From: an uncultured Acidimicrobiales bacterium
GTDB lineage: Bacteria > Actinomycetota > Acidimicrobiia > Acidimicrobiales > UBA8190
Direction of reading: 5' to 3'
NCBI GenBank assembly: GCA_963838775.1
Contig: CAWISP010000034.1
Coordinates: 13,689-77,688 of the forward strand
DNA: 64,000 nt
Part shown: positions 1 through 8,842 of the stretch, in pieces
Layout of the letters: each line of letters opens with the position of its first letter
Numbering within the stretch: the first letter of the stretch is position 1
Translations under genes and position numbers: made by a program
Notes under the pieces: model-generated
Seen by the model: only the letters and a program-made list of their open reading frames with translations
Told to the model about the DNA's origin: nothing
Databases searched by the model: none

Positions 1-1245
1 GGGATACGCCTTGGGCATGCGCACGACATAGCCCCGTTGCACCTGGGTGGGCTCGACCAGCCCGATGGCGGCCAGTTCCGTCGTCGCCAGGGCCACCAGG
101 GCATCGTCGTCGGTGTCCCACAGCTCGTCACCCTCGAAGACGAAGTACTCCATGCCCAGACACGTGGTGCCGTCGCGCACCATGAACGGGGACCAGGCAC
201 CGAAGTTCTGGATGCGGCCCACCCGCACCTTCGGGGAGTGGATGTAGATCCAATTGTCGGGAAACCCCCCCGCTTCGGGCACGACCAGCGCCACGGTCAG
301 GAAGTCCCGATAGTGCAGGGCGTCAGCAGCGGCGAGCACAGGGGCCGGCGGCGGCGGGTCCAGGGCCCGCACGAGCGCCGAGAACGGCATGGAGCTGATG
401 ACATGGTCCGTCTCGACGCGATGGTGCTGGCCGCCGGACTCGAAGACCACGGCAGTGGCACCCGCCGCCCCCCGCTCGACCCCCACCACCGGGCTCTGCA
501 GGAGGATCTCGACGCCCGCCTTTTCGACCAGTTCCCGACACGTCTCCCACATCATCCCGGGCCCGAGCTTCGGGTACTGGAACTCCTCGATGAGGCTCGT
601 CACCTGTTGGGACCGGTTGGGGCGGCTGCCGGCGAGGCGCGAGCGCAAGGGCTCCCAGACCGCCTTGAACAACGACATGCCCTTGATGCGCTGGGCACCC
701 CAGTCGGCGGAGACCTCCGAGGGGGGGACACCCCACACCTTCTCGCTGTAGGTCTTGAAGAAGTGCTCGTAGAGCCGCCGCCCGTAATTGGCGACCACGT
801 AGCCCTCGAGGGAGCTCTGGTCCTTGGGCGGCGACACCCGCACCTTCAGATAGGAGATCCCGCACCGGGTCGCCTCGACCAGCCCCAGGTTGTGGAGCGC
901 GTTGAGCACGTTGATGGGGTAGTCGTAGAACTTGCCCTCGTAGTAGATCCGGCTCATGCGGGGACGCAGGAGGAAGTCGTCCGGGGCGAGGATCTCGTGC
1001 CACAGGTCCTCCACGGGCTGGACCTTGGTGAAGAATCGGTGGCCGCCGATGTCGAAGCGCCACCCGTCTCGCGCCACGGTCCGGCTGATGCCTCCGACCA
1101 CGTCGTCGGCCTCCAACACCAGGGCGTCGCGCCCCGCCTTGGCGAGCTGGTAGGCAGCCGTGAGCCCGGCGGGCCCGGCCCCGATCACCACCACAGGGCG
1201 ATCGCCTCGCCATGCCGCCGCCGTCTGCGTCACCTCGCCTCGCAT
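1..1245 (-). CDS. FAD/NAD(P)-binding oxidoreductase (amine-oxidase-like fold); C-terminus lies beyond the left edge
   Basis: Absent from the ORF track because the frame runs off the window. Manual reverse translation from ATG at 1245 gives MRGEVTQTAAAWRGDRPVVVIGAGPAGLTAAYQLAKAGRDALVLEADDVVGGISRTVARDGWRFDIGGHRFF..., a GxGxxG dinucleotide-binding motif. The frame stays open to nt 1. Confidence 0.75.
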   Translation of the reverse strand, partial: MRGEVTQTAAAWRGDRPVVVIGAGPAGLTAAYQLAKAGRDALVLEADDVVGGISRTVARDGWRFDIGGHRFFTKVQPVEDLWHEILAPDDFLLRPRMSRIYYEGKFYDYPINVLNALHNLGLVEATRCGISYLKVRVSPPKDQSSLEGYVVANYGRRLYEHFFKTYSEKVWGVPPSEVSADWGAQRIKGMSLFKAVWEPLRSRLAGSRPNRSQQVTSLIEEFQYPKLGPGMMWETCRELVEKAGVEILLQSPVVGVERGAAGATAVVFESGGQHHRVETDHVISSMPFSALVRALDPPPPAPVLAAADALHYRDFLTVALVVPEAGGFPDNWIYIHSPKVRVGRIQNFGAWSPFMVRDGTTCLGMEYFVFEGDELWDTDDDALVALATTELAAIGLVEPTQVQRGYVVRMPKAYP

Positions 1246-1337
1246 CCCCCGTTCGGCCTCCGGCCCCCTGCAAGGCTACCGGTTGGCCATACCCCGACCC
1301 CAGCCAACGATCCCCTTCCGATCACCCCACGACCAGG

Positions 1338-2681
1338 TCAGGGGACATAGAGGTTGGTGAAGGCAAGCAACGCGTAGACGCCGAGCCCGGCCGCGGCCAG
1401 GGTCAGGACGATCCGCTCGACGCGGGGGCCCGATGTGAGGGACGCGCCCGCCAGCACCAGTGGGAAGGCCGACAGCGCGTAGCGCTCGAAGCCGTCCAGG
1501 TTGGCCGCCGTGAGCGCCACCACCAGCACGGCGGCGGCGAAGGCACCGTAGGAGAGCGGCCATCGGCGCAGGGTCACGATGACGAGGGCGATGGCGAGAA
1601 GGGCCCACGGCAGATGCAGTGCCGATCCGAGATGTCGACCGTGGACCAACAGCGAGGCGTCGTGCGCCAGCGTGCGCAACGGATCAGTGACACCACCGCG
1701 CAACGATCCCTGTTGCTGGACCCTGAGGGGGGCGAGGGCGTCGCCGTAGCGCCACCCGACCCATCCGAGGAAGGCACCGAACCCCAGGGCGGGACCCACC
1801 ACCGCGGCGATGCGCCCGACGCGCCCGGGCGCGGACGAGAGGCGCCATCCCCGCAGCACCTCGATGACGGCGGGAACGACCAGCAACACGCCCAAGGGAC
1901 GGGTGGCGGCCGCGGCCAGACCCAGCGCGCCGGCCCACCACCACGCCCGGGCCCGCAGGGCGAGCATGGTCCCGATGCTCAGCGCCAACAGCGTCCCTTC
2001 GGCATACCCCATCACCTGGGTGAAGGCGGCGGGAGCCAGGCACAACAACCAGGCGGCACGCCCCGCCAACGCGTCGTCACCGGTCTCTCGTCTCACCAGG
2101 ACAGCCAGGAGCACCACAGCCACGAACGACGACGCGTTCGCCACCGATACCAGTGCCACTCCGAACCCGATGCCAGGGACCGACGCCACGGCGCGCGTGA
2201 GGAGGGGGACGAGAGGGAAGAACCGCAACGACAGATGGCCGGCTCCCGCATACCCGTGGCGCGCGATCGTCTCGTACCACCCTGCGTCCCATCCCAGCAG
2301 CCCCTCGTGCACACGCGTCGTCACCGCGTCCGAAGGCTTGGCCTGATTGACGAATTCGTGGGCGACGACGAGGGCGGCCGCGACGACGACGCGCGCGACC
2401 ACCCACGGCACCACCGCGGTGCGGACACCCCATGCCAGGTCCCCCTGACCGGACACGGCGCGCCGGGCCCGTGCGATCGTTGCGCGGCGACGGTCAGACG
2501 GCTCCGTGCTGCTTGGTCCCGGAGGGGCGGGATCCGTCGACAACGACGCCGCTGCAGCGTCCTCCACGGGAATCACACTCGGAGCCGGTGCCGAGAACGC
2601 GTCCCCTTGGGGTGGCGGTCTGTCGGGGGGCGTGGTCACCACCGGGGCGGCGGTCGCCTGGCGCCGCATCGGGGTCCGCAT
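1338..2681 (-). CDS. Polytopic membrane glycosyltransferase-like protein (GT-C / PIG-V-like mannosyltransferase family)
   Basis: 447-aa ORF with many hydrophobic segments. The GWDAGWYETIARHGY motif is typical of PIG-V/DUF2029-like GT-C enzymes. The N-terminal tail is Pro-rich. Confidence 0.6.
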   Translation of the reverse strand: MRTPMRRQATAAPVVTTPPDRPPPQGDAFSAPAPSVIPVEDAAAASLSTDPAPPGPSSTEPSDRRRATIARARRAVSGQGDLAWGVRTAVVPWVVARVVVAAALVVAHEFVNQAKPSDAVTTRVHEGLLGWDAGWYETIARHGYAGAGHLSLRFFPLVPLLTRAVASVPGIGFGVALVSVANASSFVAVVLLAVLVRRETGDDALAGRAAWLLCLAPAAFTQVMGYAEGTLLALSIGTMLALRARAWWWAGALGLAAAATRPLGVLLVVPAVIEVLRGWRLSSAPGRVGRIAAVVGPALGFGAFLGWVGWRYGDALAPLRVQQQGSLRGGVTDPLRTLAHDASLLVHGRHLGSALHLPWALLAIALVIVTLRRWPLSYGAFAAAVLVVALTAANLDGFERYALSAFPLVLAGASLTSGPRVERIVLTLAAAGLGVYALLAFTNLYVP

Positions 2682-2888
2682 GACCGCATGCTAACGACGG
2701 GCCTGTGGTCGACCCCGCACTCCTGACCCGCTGGTGGTCCCGCGCCCATGACGGCCGAACGCGGCCGTTCGGGGCTACCTTGGCGCCGATTCTGAGGGCT
2801 GTGCCCGGCTGTTCGGCGGCACGACGTCTACCATGGCGCGCCAACGGCGCCAGGGGGCTGCGTGTCCAACCAGGGGCGAGGGGGACCG

Positions 2889-4553
2889 ATGGCTGACTCC
2901 GCGGATCGATACGACCGGCGGGCGTTTCTCACCCGTGGCGCCACGACCGCGGCGGCAGTGGGACTGGCGGGCGTCGGCCTGCCCTCGTTCCTGGCGGCGT
3001 GCGGGAGCGGCACCACGGCGCCGCCCCACGCCTCCTCCACCCCGGGGATCGGCATCGGGACGCCCAAGCGCGGCGGGACGGTCACGATCGGCCTGAACTC
3101 GGAGATCGACGGCTTCTTGCCCTCGGCGAGCCACTTCGACAACTCCGGCCTGACCTATGCCAACACGATCTTCGACACCTTGACGGTGGTGGGTGCCGAC
3201 GGCTCGGCCAAGCCGTACCTCGCCCAGTCGGTGGTCCCGAACACCGATATGACCGTGTGGACGATCACCTTGCGACCCGGGATCACGTTCCACGACGGCT
3301 CGCCGTTGAACGCCGACGTCCTGATGGCCAACATCCAGGCGCTACAGACCTCGGCGCTCACGGGCCAGGCCCTCAGAGGAGTCGTCGACACCGTCGCCAA
3401 GACCGGCGATCTCTCCGTGGCCGTGACCTGCGCGGAGCCCATCGTGGCCTTCCCGCACTATCTCGCCACCCAGGTGGGCTACGTCATCGCCCTGGCGCAG
3501 CTCGAGAGCCAGAACTCCACCAAGCCCATCGGCACCGGGCCTTTCTCCTTGGTGGAGTGGGTGCCCAACGACCACCTCACGGTGACGCGCAACCACAATT
3601 ACTGGCGCTCGGGGCTCCCCTACCTCGACGGCCTCACCTACCGGCCCATCAGCGAAGACCAGTCCCGGGAGAACTCGCTGCGGTCGGGGACCATCGATCT
3701 CATGGTCACGCGCGACCCCGACGCCATCCGCGACCTCCGTGACAATGCCGCCTACCAGCTCGTCCTGAACCCGAACGTCGGGCAGGGCGACATGGACTTC
3801 GTCATCCTCAACACGAGCGTTGCGCCGACCAGCGACATCCTGGTGCGCCAGGCCCTCGCCCATGCCATCAACGTCGACGAGCTTGTCAAGCTGTTCGGGG
3901 CCGGCATCGCCAAACCCAACCTCAGCCTGTTCCCGCCCGGGTCCCCGTACCGCCCGGCCGACAACGGCTACCCCACCTACGACCTCGCCAAGGCCAAGCA
4001 GCTCGTGGCCCAGGCCGCCCCCAACCACGGCGGCAGCATCAAGATCTCCCTGGCGACGATCACCGACCCCCGTCTGCTCAACGAGGTCCAGGCCATCGCC
4101 AGCATGTGGGGGCTGGCCGGCATCCAGACCACGGTGAGTGAGATCGAGCAGGTCACATTCATCGACAACCTGGTGACGGGACAATTCCAGGCCTATACCG
4201 ACGAGATGTTCGGCGCCACGGACCCCGACCTCAACTACGTGTGGCTGAGCCCCACCACCGCCAACGGGCCCATCGCGCTCAACTTCGCCCGCAACAAGGA
4301 CGATGCGCTAGAGACAGCGCTGCAAACAGGCCGCACCATGTCCGACCAGGCAATCCGCGCCAAGGCCTACCAGCAAGTGGACGAACGTCTGGCCCAGGAC
4401 CTGCCCTATCTGTGGGCGTCTCTGGCGACGTGGTGCTCGATAGGAAGCAACGTGGTGCAGAACTTCAACAACCTCACGCTGCCCGACGGGTCCAAGGCCC
4501 TCGGGTTCAGCAACGGAGTCCTCGACCCGACGCCCGTGTGGCGCAAGGACTGA
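2889..4553 (+). CDS. ABC transporter substrate-binding lipoprotein, family 5 (peptide/nickel type)
   Basis: Twin-arginine-like signal DRRAFLTRGATTAAAVGLAG followed by lipobox LAAC. Long SBP_bac_5-like body. It is the first gene of the permease/ATPase operon. ATG 2889 follows a GAGGGGGA SD; the track ORF starts at 2862. Confidence 0.85.
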   Translation: MADSADRYDRRAFLTRGATTAAAVGLAGVGLPSFLAACGSGTTAPPHASSTPGIGIGTPKRGGTVTIGLNSEIDGFLPSASHFDNSGLTYANTIFDTLTVVGADGSAKPYLAQSVVPNTDMTVWTITLRPGITFHDGSPLNADVLMANIQALQTSALTGQALRGVVDTVAKTGDLSVAVTCAEPIVAFPHYLATQVGYVIALAQLESQNSTKPIGTGPFSLVEWVPNDHLTVTRNHNYWRSGLPYLDGLTYRPISEDQSRENSLRSGTIDLMVTRDPDAIRDLRDNAAYQLVLNPNVGQGDMDFVILNTSVAPTSDILVRQALAHAINVDELVKLFGAGIAKPNLSLFPPGSPYRPADNGYPTYDLAKAKQLVAQAAPNHGGSIKISLATITDPRLLNEVQAIASMWGLAGIQTTVSEIEQVTFIDNLVTGQFQAYTDEMFGATDPDLNYVWLSPTTANGPIALNFARNKDDALETALQTGRTMSDQAIRAKAYQQVDERLAQDLPYLWASLATWCSIGSNVVQNFNNLTLPDGSKALGFSNGVLDPTPVWRKD

Positions 4554-4567
4554 GCGTCGCCTTTCCC

Positions 4568-5512
4568 ATGCTCCGGTTCACCGCAACCCGCCTCGTCCAG
4601 CTGGTCGTCATCTGCTTCCTCATCTCCGTCTTCGCCTTCCTGCTCGTCCACCTCCTCCCCGGGGACCCCACCCTCGCCATCCTCGGGCCCAACGACACCC
4701 CCGCGGCCCGAGCCGTGCTGCTGCACCAGCTCGGGCTCAACAAGGGCCTCCTCGCCCAGTACGGCACGTGGATCGCCAACATCTTCCACGGCAACCTGGG
4801 CGCGTCGTTCCTGACCAAGCAGACCGTGACGAACGCCCTGAGCGTGGCCGTGCCGATCGACCTCGAGCTCATCGTGGTCTCACAGGTGCTCGCCCTCATC
4901 GTGGCCATCCCCATGGCACTCGTCGCCGCCCTGCGCCCCAACCGCGCCTTCGACCGTGTCGCCACCACGTCGACCTTCGCCATGCTGTCGCTCCCCACCT
5001 TCGTGGCGGGCCCGCTGCTGGTGCTCGTGTTCGCGGTCACGCTCAAGTGGGTCCCGGCAACGGGGTTCAACCGGCTCTCTCAGGGGCTCGGGCCCAACCT
5101 CAAATCCGTCATCCTGCCGTCGGTGGCGCTCGCCATCGGGTCCATCACCGTCTACTACCGGCTCCTGCGCGCCGACCTCATCGCCACCTTGCAAGAGGAC
5201 TTCGTGACCATGGCCCGCTCCAAGGGCCTGTCGACCCGGTACATCCTGTTGCGTCATGTGATGCGGCCGTCGTCGTTCTCGTTGCTGGCCGGCGCGGGGA
5301 TCAGCATCGGGACGCTGTTCACCGGAGCGTTCGTGGTCGAAGTGCTCTTCCAGCTGCCGGGGATCGGGTTCCAGCTCGTCCAGGCCATCTACGGACGCGA
5401 CTATCTGGTGGTCCAGGGCATGGCTCTGGTGGCCGCCGTGGCGTTCGTGGTGGTGAACTTCGGGGTCGACTACCTCCTGACCGTCTTGGACCCGAGGGTG
5501 CGCCGTGCCTGA
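4568..5512 (+). CDS. ABC transporter permease (DppB/OppB-like)
   Basis: MLRFTATRLVQLVVICFLISVFAFLLVHLLPGDPT... is the classic N-terminus of DppB/OppB permeases. The upstream part of track ORF 4241-5512 overlaps the SBP gene and is discarded. Confidence 0.85.
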   Translation: MLRFTATRLVQLVVICFLISVFAFLLVHLLPGDPTLAILGPNDTPAARAVLLHQLGLNKGLLAQYGTWIANIFHGNLGASFLTKQTVTNALSVAVPIDLELIVVSQVLALIVAIPMALVAALRPNRAFDRVATTSTFAMLSLPTFVAGPLLVLVFAVTLKWVPATGFNRLSQGLGPNLKSVILPSVALAIGSITVYYRLLRADLIATLQEDFVTMARSKGLSTRYILLRHVMRPSSFSLLAGAGISIGTLFTGAFVVEVLFQLPGIGFQLVQAIYGRDYLVVQGMALVAAVAFVVVNFGVDYLLTVLDPRVRRA

Positions 5513-6451
5513 GCTCCCGTCGTACGTCGCACTGGAGTCCGAGTCGACCCTGGCGCTCGACAGCACTCCCGGGATGGGGGTCCAGGCCCTACAGTCCCGA
5601 CTTCCCGCCTCCGGGCTCTTCTCCAGGAAGGGCGGTCTGGGCCTCACCTTCTGGATCTGCCTGGGCTGGGTGGTCTTCATGATCCTCTTGGCCGTGTTGG
5701 CCTCGGTGCTCCCGATCAAGGCCCCCAACTTCCAGGACTACTCGGCCGTGAACGTCGGCCCGACGGCGCGCCATCTCCTCGGCACCGACGACCTCGGTCG
5801 AGATCTCCTGTCGCGGGTGATCTTCGGGTCGCGCGTGTCGCTCGTCATCGGGTTCGCGCCCATCCTGGCCGGCCTCGTCATCGGGGGCGCCGCCGGGCTC
5901 CTGGCCGGCTACCGCAGCGGCCCCGCCGACACCGTCCTCAACGCGGTGTCGTTCGTGCTCCTGGCCTTCCCCGCGTTGTTGGCCATCATGGTGATCGAGA
6001 CGTTCTGGAAGCCCGTGTCGTTGTTCAAGCTCACCGTGATGTTCACCTTTGTCGCCGCGCCCTCTTGTTCCGCGTCATACGGGCCACGACGTTGTCGTTC
6101 TCCAGTCGGGAATTCGTGGTGGCGGCACGTGCCACCGGTGCCAAGACGTCGCGTCTGCTCCTGCGCGAGCTCCTTCCCAACATCGTGCCGGCGGCGGTCT
6201 CGTTCGCGCTGATCGGGGTTGCCATCGCCATCGTGCTCGAAGGATCGCTCGCCTTCCTGGGGCTGTCGATCATGCTCCCCACGTCGTCGCTCGGGAACAT
6301 CATCAACGACGGGGTGAACAGCAACAACCTGACCATCAACCCCTTCATCGCGCTGTGGCCGTCGCTCTACATCTTCTTGCTGCTCACCGCCCTCAACCTC
6401 ATGGCCGACCGCCTGCGCTCGTACTTCGACCTGCGGGAGGTGACCCTGTGA
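5505..6451 (+). pseudogene. ABC transporter permease (DppC/OppC-like) with an apparent 1-nt deletion near 6057-6064
   Basis: The N-terminal 2/3 is in frame 0 (track ORF 5505-6212, sensible up to ...KLTVMFTFVAAP). The C-terminal 1/3 is in the -1 frame (6065-6451, LLFRVIRATTLSFSSREFVVAARATGAKTSRLLLRELLPNIVP...). Joined, they give a normal DppC. Confidence 0.8.
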
Positions 6452-7593
6452 GCCGCTGGAGCCGGCGACCCCAGCTCAGCTTCCCCGACGTAGGGTCGAT
6501 CGAGGGCCCGCTCCTCGAGGTGATCGACCTCCACACGTCCTTCCGCACCGGCCGCGGGCTCGTACGCGCCGTCGACGGCGTGTCGTTGACCCTGGGACGC
6601 GGCCGCACCCTGGGCGTGGTCGGCGAGTCGGGGTCGGGCAAGACCGTCCTGAGCCGATCGATCATGGGACTGGTCCCGGGGTCCAACGTCGAACGGTCCG
6701 GCGTCGTCCGCTTCTCGGGCCACGACCTCACCGCCATGTCCCTGGCCGAGCTGCGCGAGGTGTGGGGCATGCAGGTGGCCCTCGTCTTCCAAGACCCCAT
6801 GACGGCGCTCAACCCCGTGGTGCGCGTGGGGCGCCAGATCACCGAGTCCCTTCGCCTGCGGGCCGGCCTCGACCGCAAGGCCGCTCACGAGACCGCGGTG
6901 GCACTGCTCAAATCGGTGGGCATCCCCGCGCCCGAACAGCGCCTGCGCAACTACCCCCACGAATTGTCGGGGGGGATGCGCCAAAGGGTCATGATCGCCA
7001 TCGCCGTGGCGTGCGGCCCCAAGCTCCTGCTCGCCGACGAACCCACGACGGGCCTCGACGTCACCGTGCAGGCCCAGATCCTCGACCTCCTCGCCGCCCA
7101 GCAGAGCGAGCGCCACATGGGCATGATCCTCGTCACGCACGACCTCGGCGTGGTGGCCAACCGCACCGACGACATCATGGTGATGTACGCCGGTCGTGTC
7201 GTCGAGCAGGCGCCCACCGCCGAGCTCTTCGCCCATACCCGCATGCCCTACAGCGAAGCGCTGATGCGCTCGATCCCCCGTCTGGCCGAGGCCTCGCACA
7301 CGCGCCTGCGGGCCATCCCGGGCCGACCCCCCGACCTCGCCGCCGATCTGCAGGGCTGTCGCTTCGCACCCCGCTGCCCCTATGTCCAAGAGCACTGCCG
7401 CAAGGAGGAGCCCCCGCTGCGCGCGGCCGGACAGGGACACCTTTTCCGGTGCTGGTACCCGGTCGGCTCGGCCGAAGGCGACGCCGCCTTGGCCTACAAC
7501 GTGGCCTCCCGGGTCCCGGCCGCCCTGGCATTCACCGGTACTCCGGTGCGCGACGCGGCGATGGTGGCGCCCAACGGCATGGGGACCACCTGA
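6448..7593 (+). CDS. ABC transporter ATP-binding protein (DppD/OppD-like)
   Basis: GTG 6448 overlaps the permease stop (GTGA). Walker A GESGSGKT, signature LSGGMRQR, and the C-terminal oligopeptide-ATPase Cys motif CRFAPRCPY. Confidence 0.9.
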   Translation: MSRWSRRPQLSFPDVGSIEGPLLEVIDLHTSFRTGRGLVRAVDGVSLTLGRGRTLGVVGESGSGKTVLSRSIMGLVPGSNVERSGVVRFSGHDLTAMSLAELREVWGMQVALVFQDPMTALNPVVRVGRQITESLRLRAGLDRKAAHETAVALLKSVGIPAPEQRLRNYPHELSGGMRQRVMIAIAVACGPKLLLADEPTTGLDVTVQAQILDLLAAQQSERHMGMILVTHDLGVVANRTDDIMVMYAGRVVEQAPTAELFAHTRMPYSEALMRSIPRLAEASHTRLRAIPGRPPDLAADLQGCRFAPRCPYVQEHCRKEEPPLRAAGQGHLFRCWYPVGSAEGDAALAYNVASRVPAALAFTGTPVRDAAMVAPNGMGTT

Positions 7594-8807
7594 TGGCCGG
7601 GAGCGGTACCGCCCACATGCGAGGCGACGACGTCCTGCTGCGCGTCGAGCACCTCGTCGTCGAGTTCGGATCGGGGCGCCACCGGGTGCGCGCCGTGTCG
7701 GATGTGAGCTTCGACGTGGCCGCAGGTGAGACCCTGGGACTCGTCGGGGAGTCCGGCTGCGGGAAGTCGACCACAGGACGCTCCGTCGCCCTCGTCAACC
7801 ACCCGAACTCGGGATCGGTCAAGTACAACGGGACCGAGCTCACCTCGCTGTCGCGTGCCGAAGCCCGAAAGGCGCGCACCAAGATCCAGATGGTGTTCCA
7901 GGACCCCATCTCGTCACTCAACCCGCGTCGTCGGGTCCTCGATGCCGTCGTCGAGCCCCTGTCGGTGTGGGGCATCGGCACCAGGGACGAGCGCAAGACC
8001 AAGGCCCGGGCCACGCTGGAGTCCGTCGGGATCGACCCCGACGACGCCGGGGGCCGCCGGCCCACCGAGATGTCGGGCGGTCAGTGCCAGCGGGTCAGCA
8101 TCGCCCGGGCCCTCATGCTCGAGCCCACCGTGCTCGTCTGCGACGAACCCGTGTCCTCTCTCGACGTATCGGTCCAAGCCCAGATCCTGAACCTCCTCGA
8201 CGACCTCAAGCGCGACCGGGGACTCACGATGTTGTTCATCGCCCATGACCTCGCCGTGGTGAAGAACGTCAGCGACCGCGTGGCGGTCATGTACCTCGGG
8301 AAGCTGTGCGAGGTGGCCCGGCCCGACGCCCTGTACCACCGACCCGAGCATCCCTACACCGAAGCGCTGCTCACTTCCATCCCCGAGCCCGACCCGGGCG
8401 CGGCCCGCAATGGCAAGGCGACGCTGTCGGGTGATCTCCCGTCACCCATCAACCCGCCCTCGGGATGCCGGTTCCGGACCCGCTGTCCCTTCGCGCAGCA
8501 GAAGTGCGCCGAGGAGGAGCCGCAGATGCGCGCCATCGGGCCCGACCATTTCGTAGCCTGCCACTTCCCGCTCGGCTCGCAGCCCTCCACTGCTTTTGCA
8601 CCCTCGGTGTCGAGCCAACCCCCGGTCGCGCCGCCGGCCCCGGACTCCCAACAGGCACCGGCGTGGAGCGTGCAGGCACCAGACCCGGTGCCGGGATCAT
8701 CGATGCCTGTTTCGTCGCCACCGTCCCAACCGGCACCGAGCCCCACGCCTCTGGCACCACCGGAGAACGCCCCCGAGCGTTCGCCCCTGTGGATCGATCC
8801 CCGCTGA
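7593..8807 (+). CDS. ABC transporter ATP-binding protein (DppF/OppF-like) with a Pro/Ser-rich C-terminal extension
   Basis: ATG overlaps the upstream stop (TGATG). Walker A GESGCGKST, signature MSGGQCQR, CRFRTRCPF motif. About 80 extra low-complexity residues follow the conserved end. Confidence 0.9.
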   Translation: MAGSGTAHMRGDDVLLRVEHLVVEFGSGRHRVRAVSDVSFDVAAGETLGLVGESGCGKSTTGRSVALVNHPNSGSVKYNGTELTSLSRAEARKARTKIQMVFQDPISSLNPRRRVLDAVVEPLSVWGIGTRDERKTKARATLESVGIDPDDAGGRRPTEMSGGQCQRVSIARALMLEPTVLVCDEPVSSLDVSVQAQILNLLDDLKRDRGLTMLFIAHDLAVVKNVSDRVAVMYLGKLCEVARPDALYHRPEHPYTEALLTSIPEPDPGAARNGKATLSGDLPSPINPPSGCRFRTRCPFAQQKCAEEEPQMRAIGPDHFVACHFPLGSQPSTAFAPSVSSQPPVAPPAPDSQQAPAWSVQAPDPVPGSSMPVSSPPSQPAPSPTPLAPPENAPERSPLWIDPR

Positions 8808-8842
8808 AGAACTCCCGCTGACGCAAGCCGTCGCGGTCGGAG

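Noticed and set aside
37-1350. 437-aa plus-strand ORF and 316-aa minus-strand ORF (323-1273) covering the first 1.3 kb
   Set aside because: Both translate to Arg/Gly/Pro/His-rich low-complexity sequence. A third frame on the minus strand encodes a clean FAD-binding oxidoreductase (GxGxxG). These are typical high-GC shadow ORFs.
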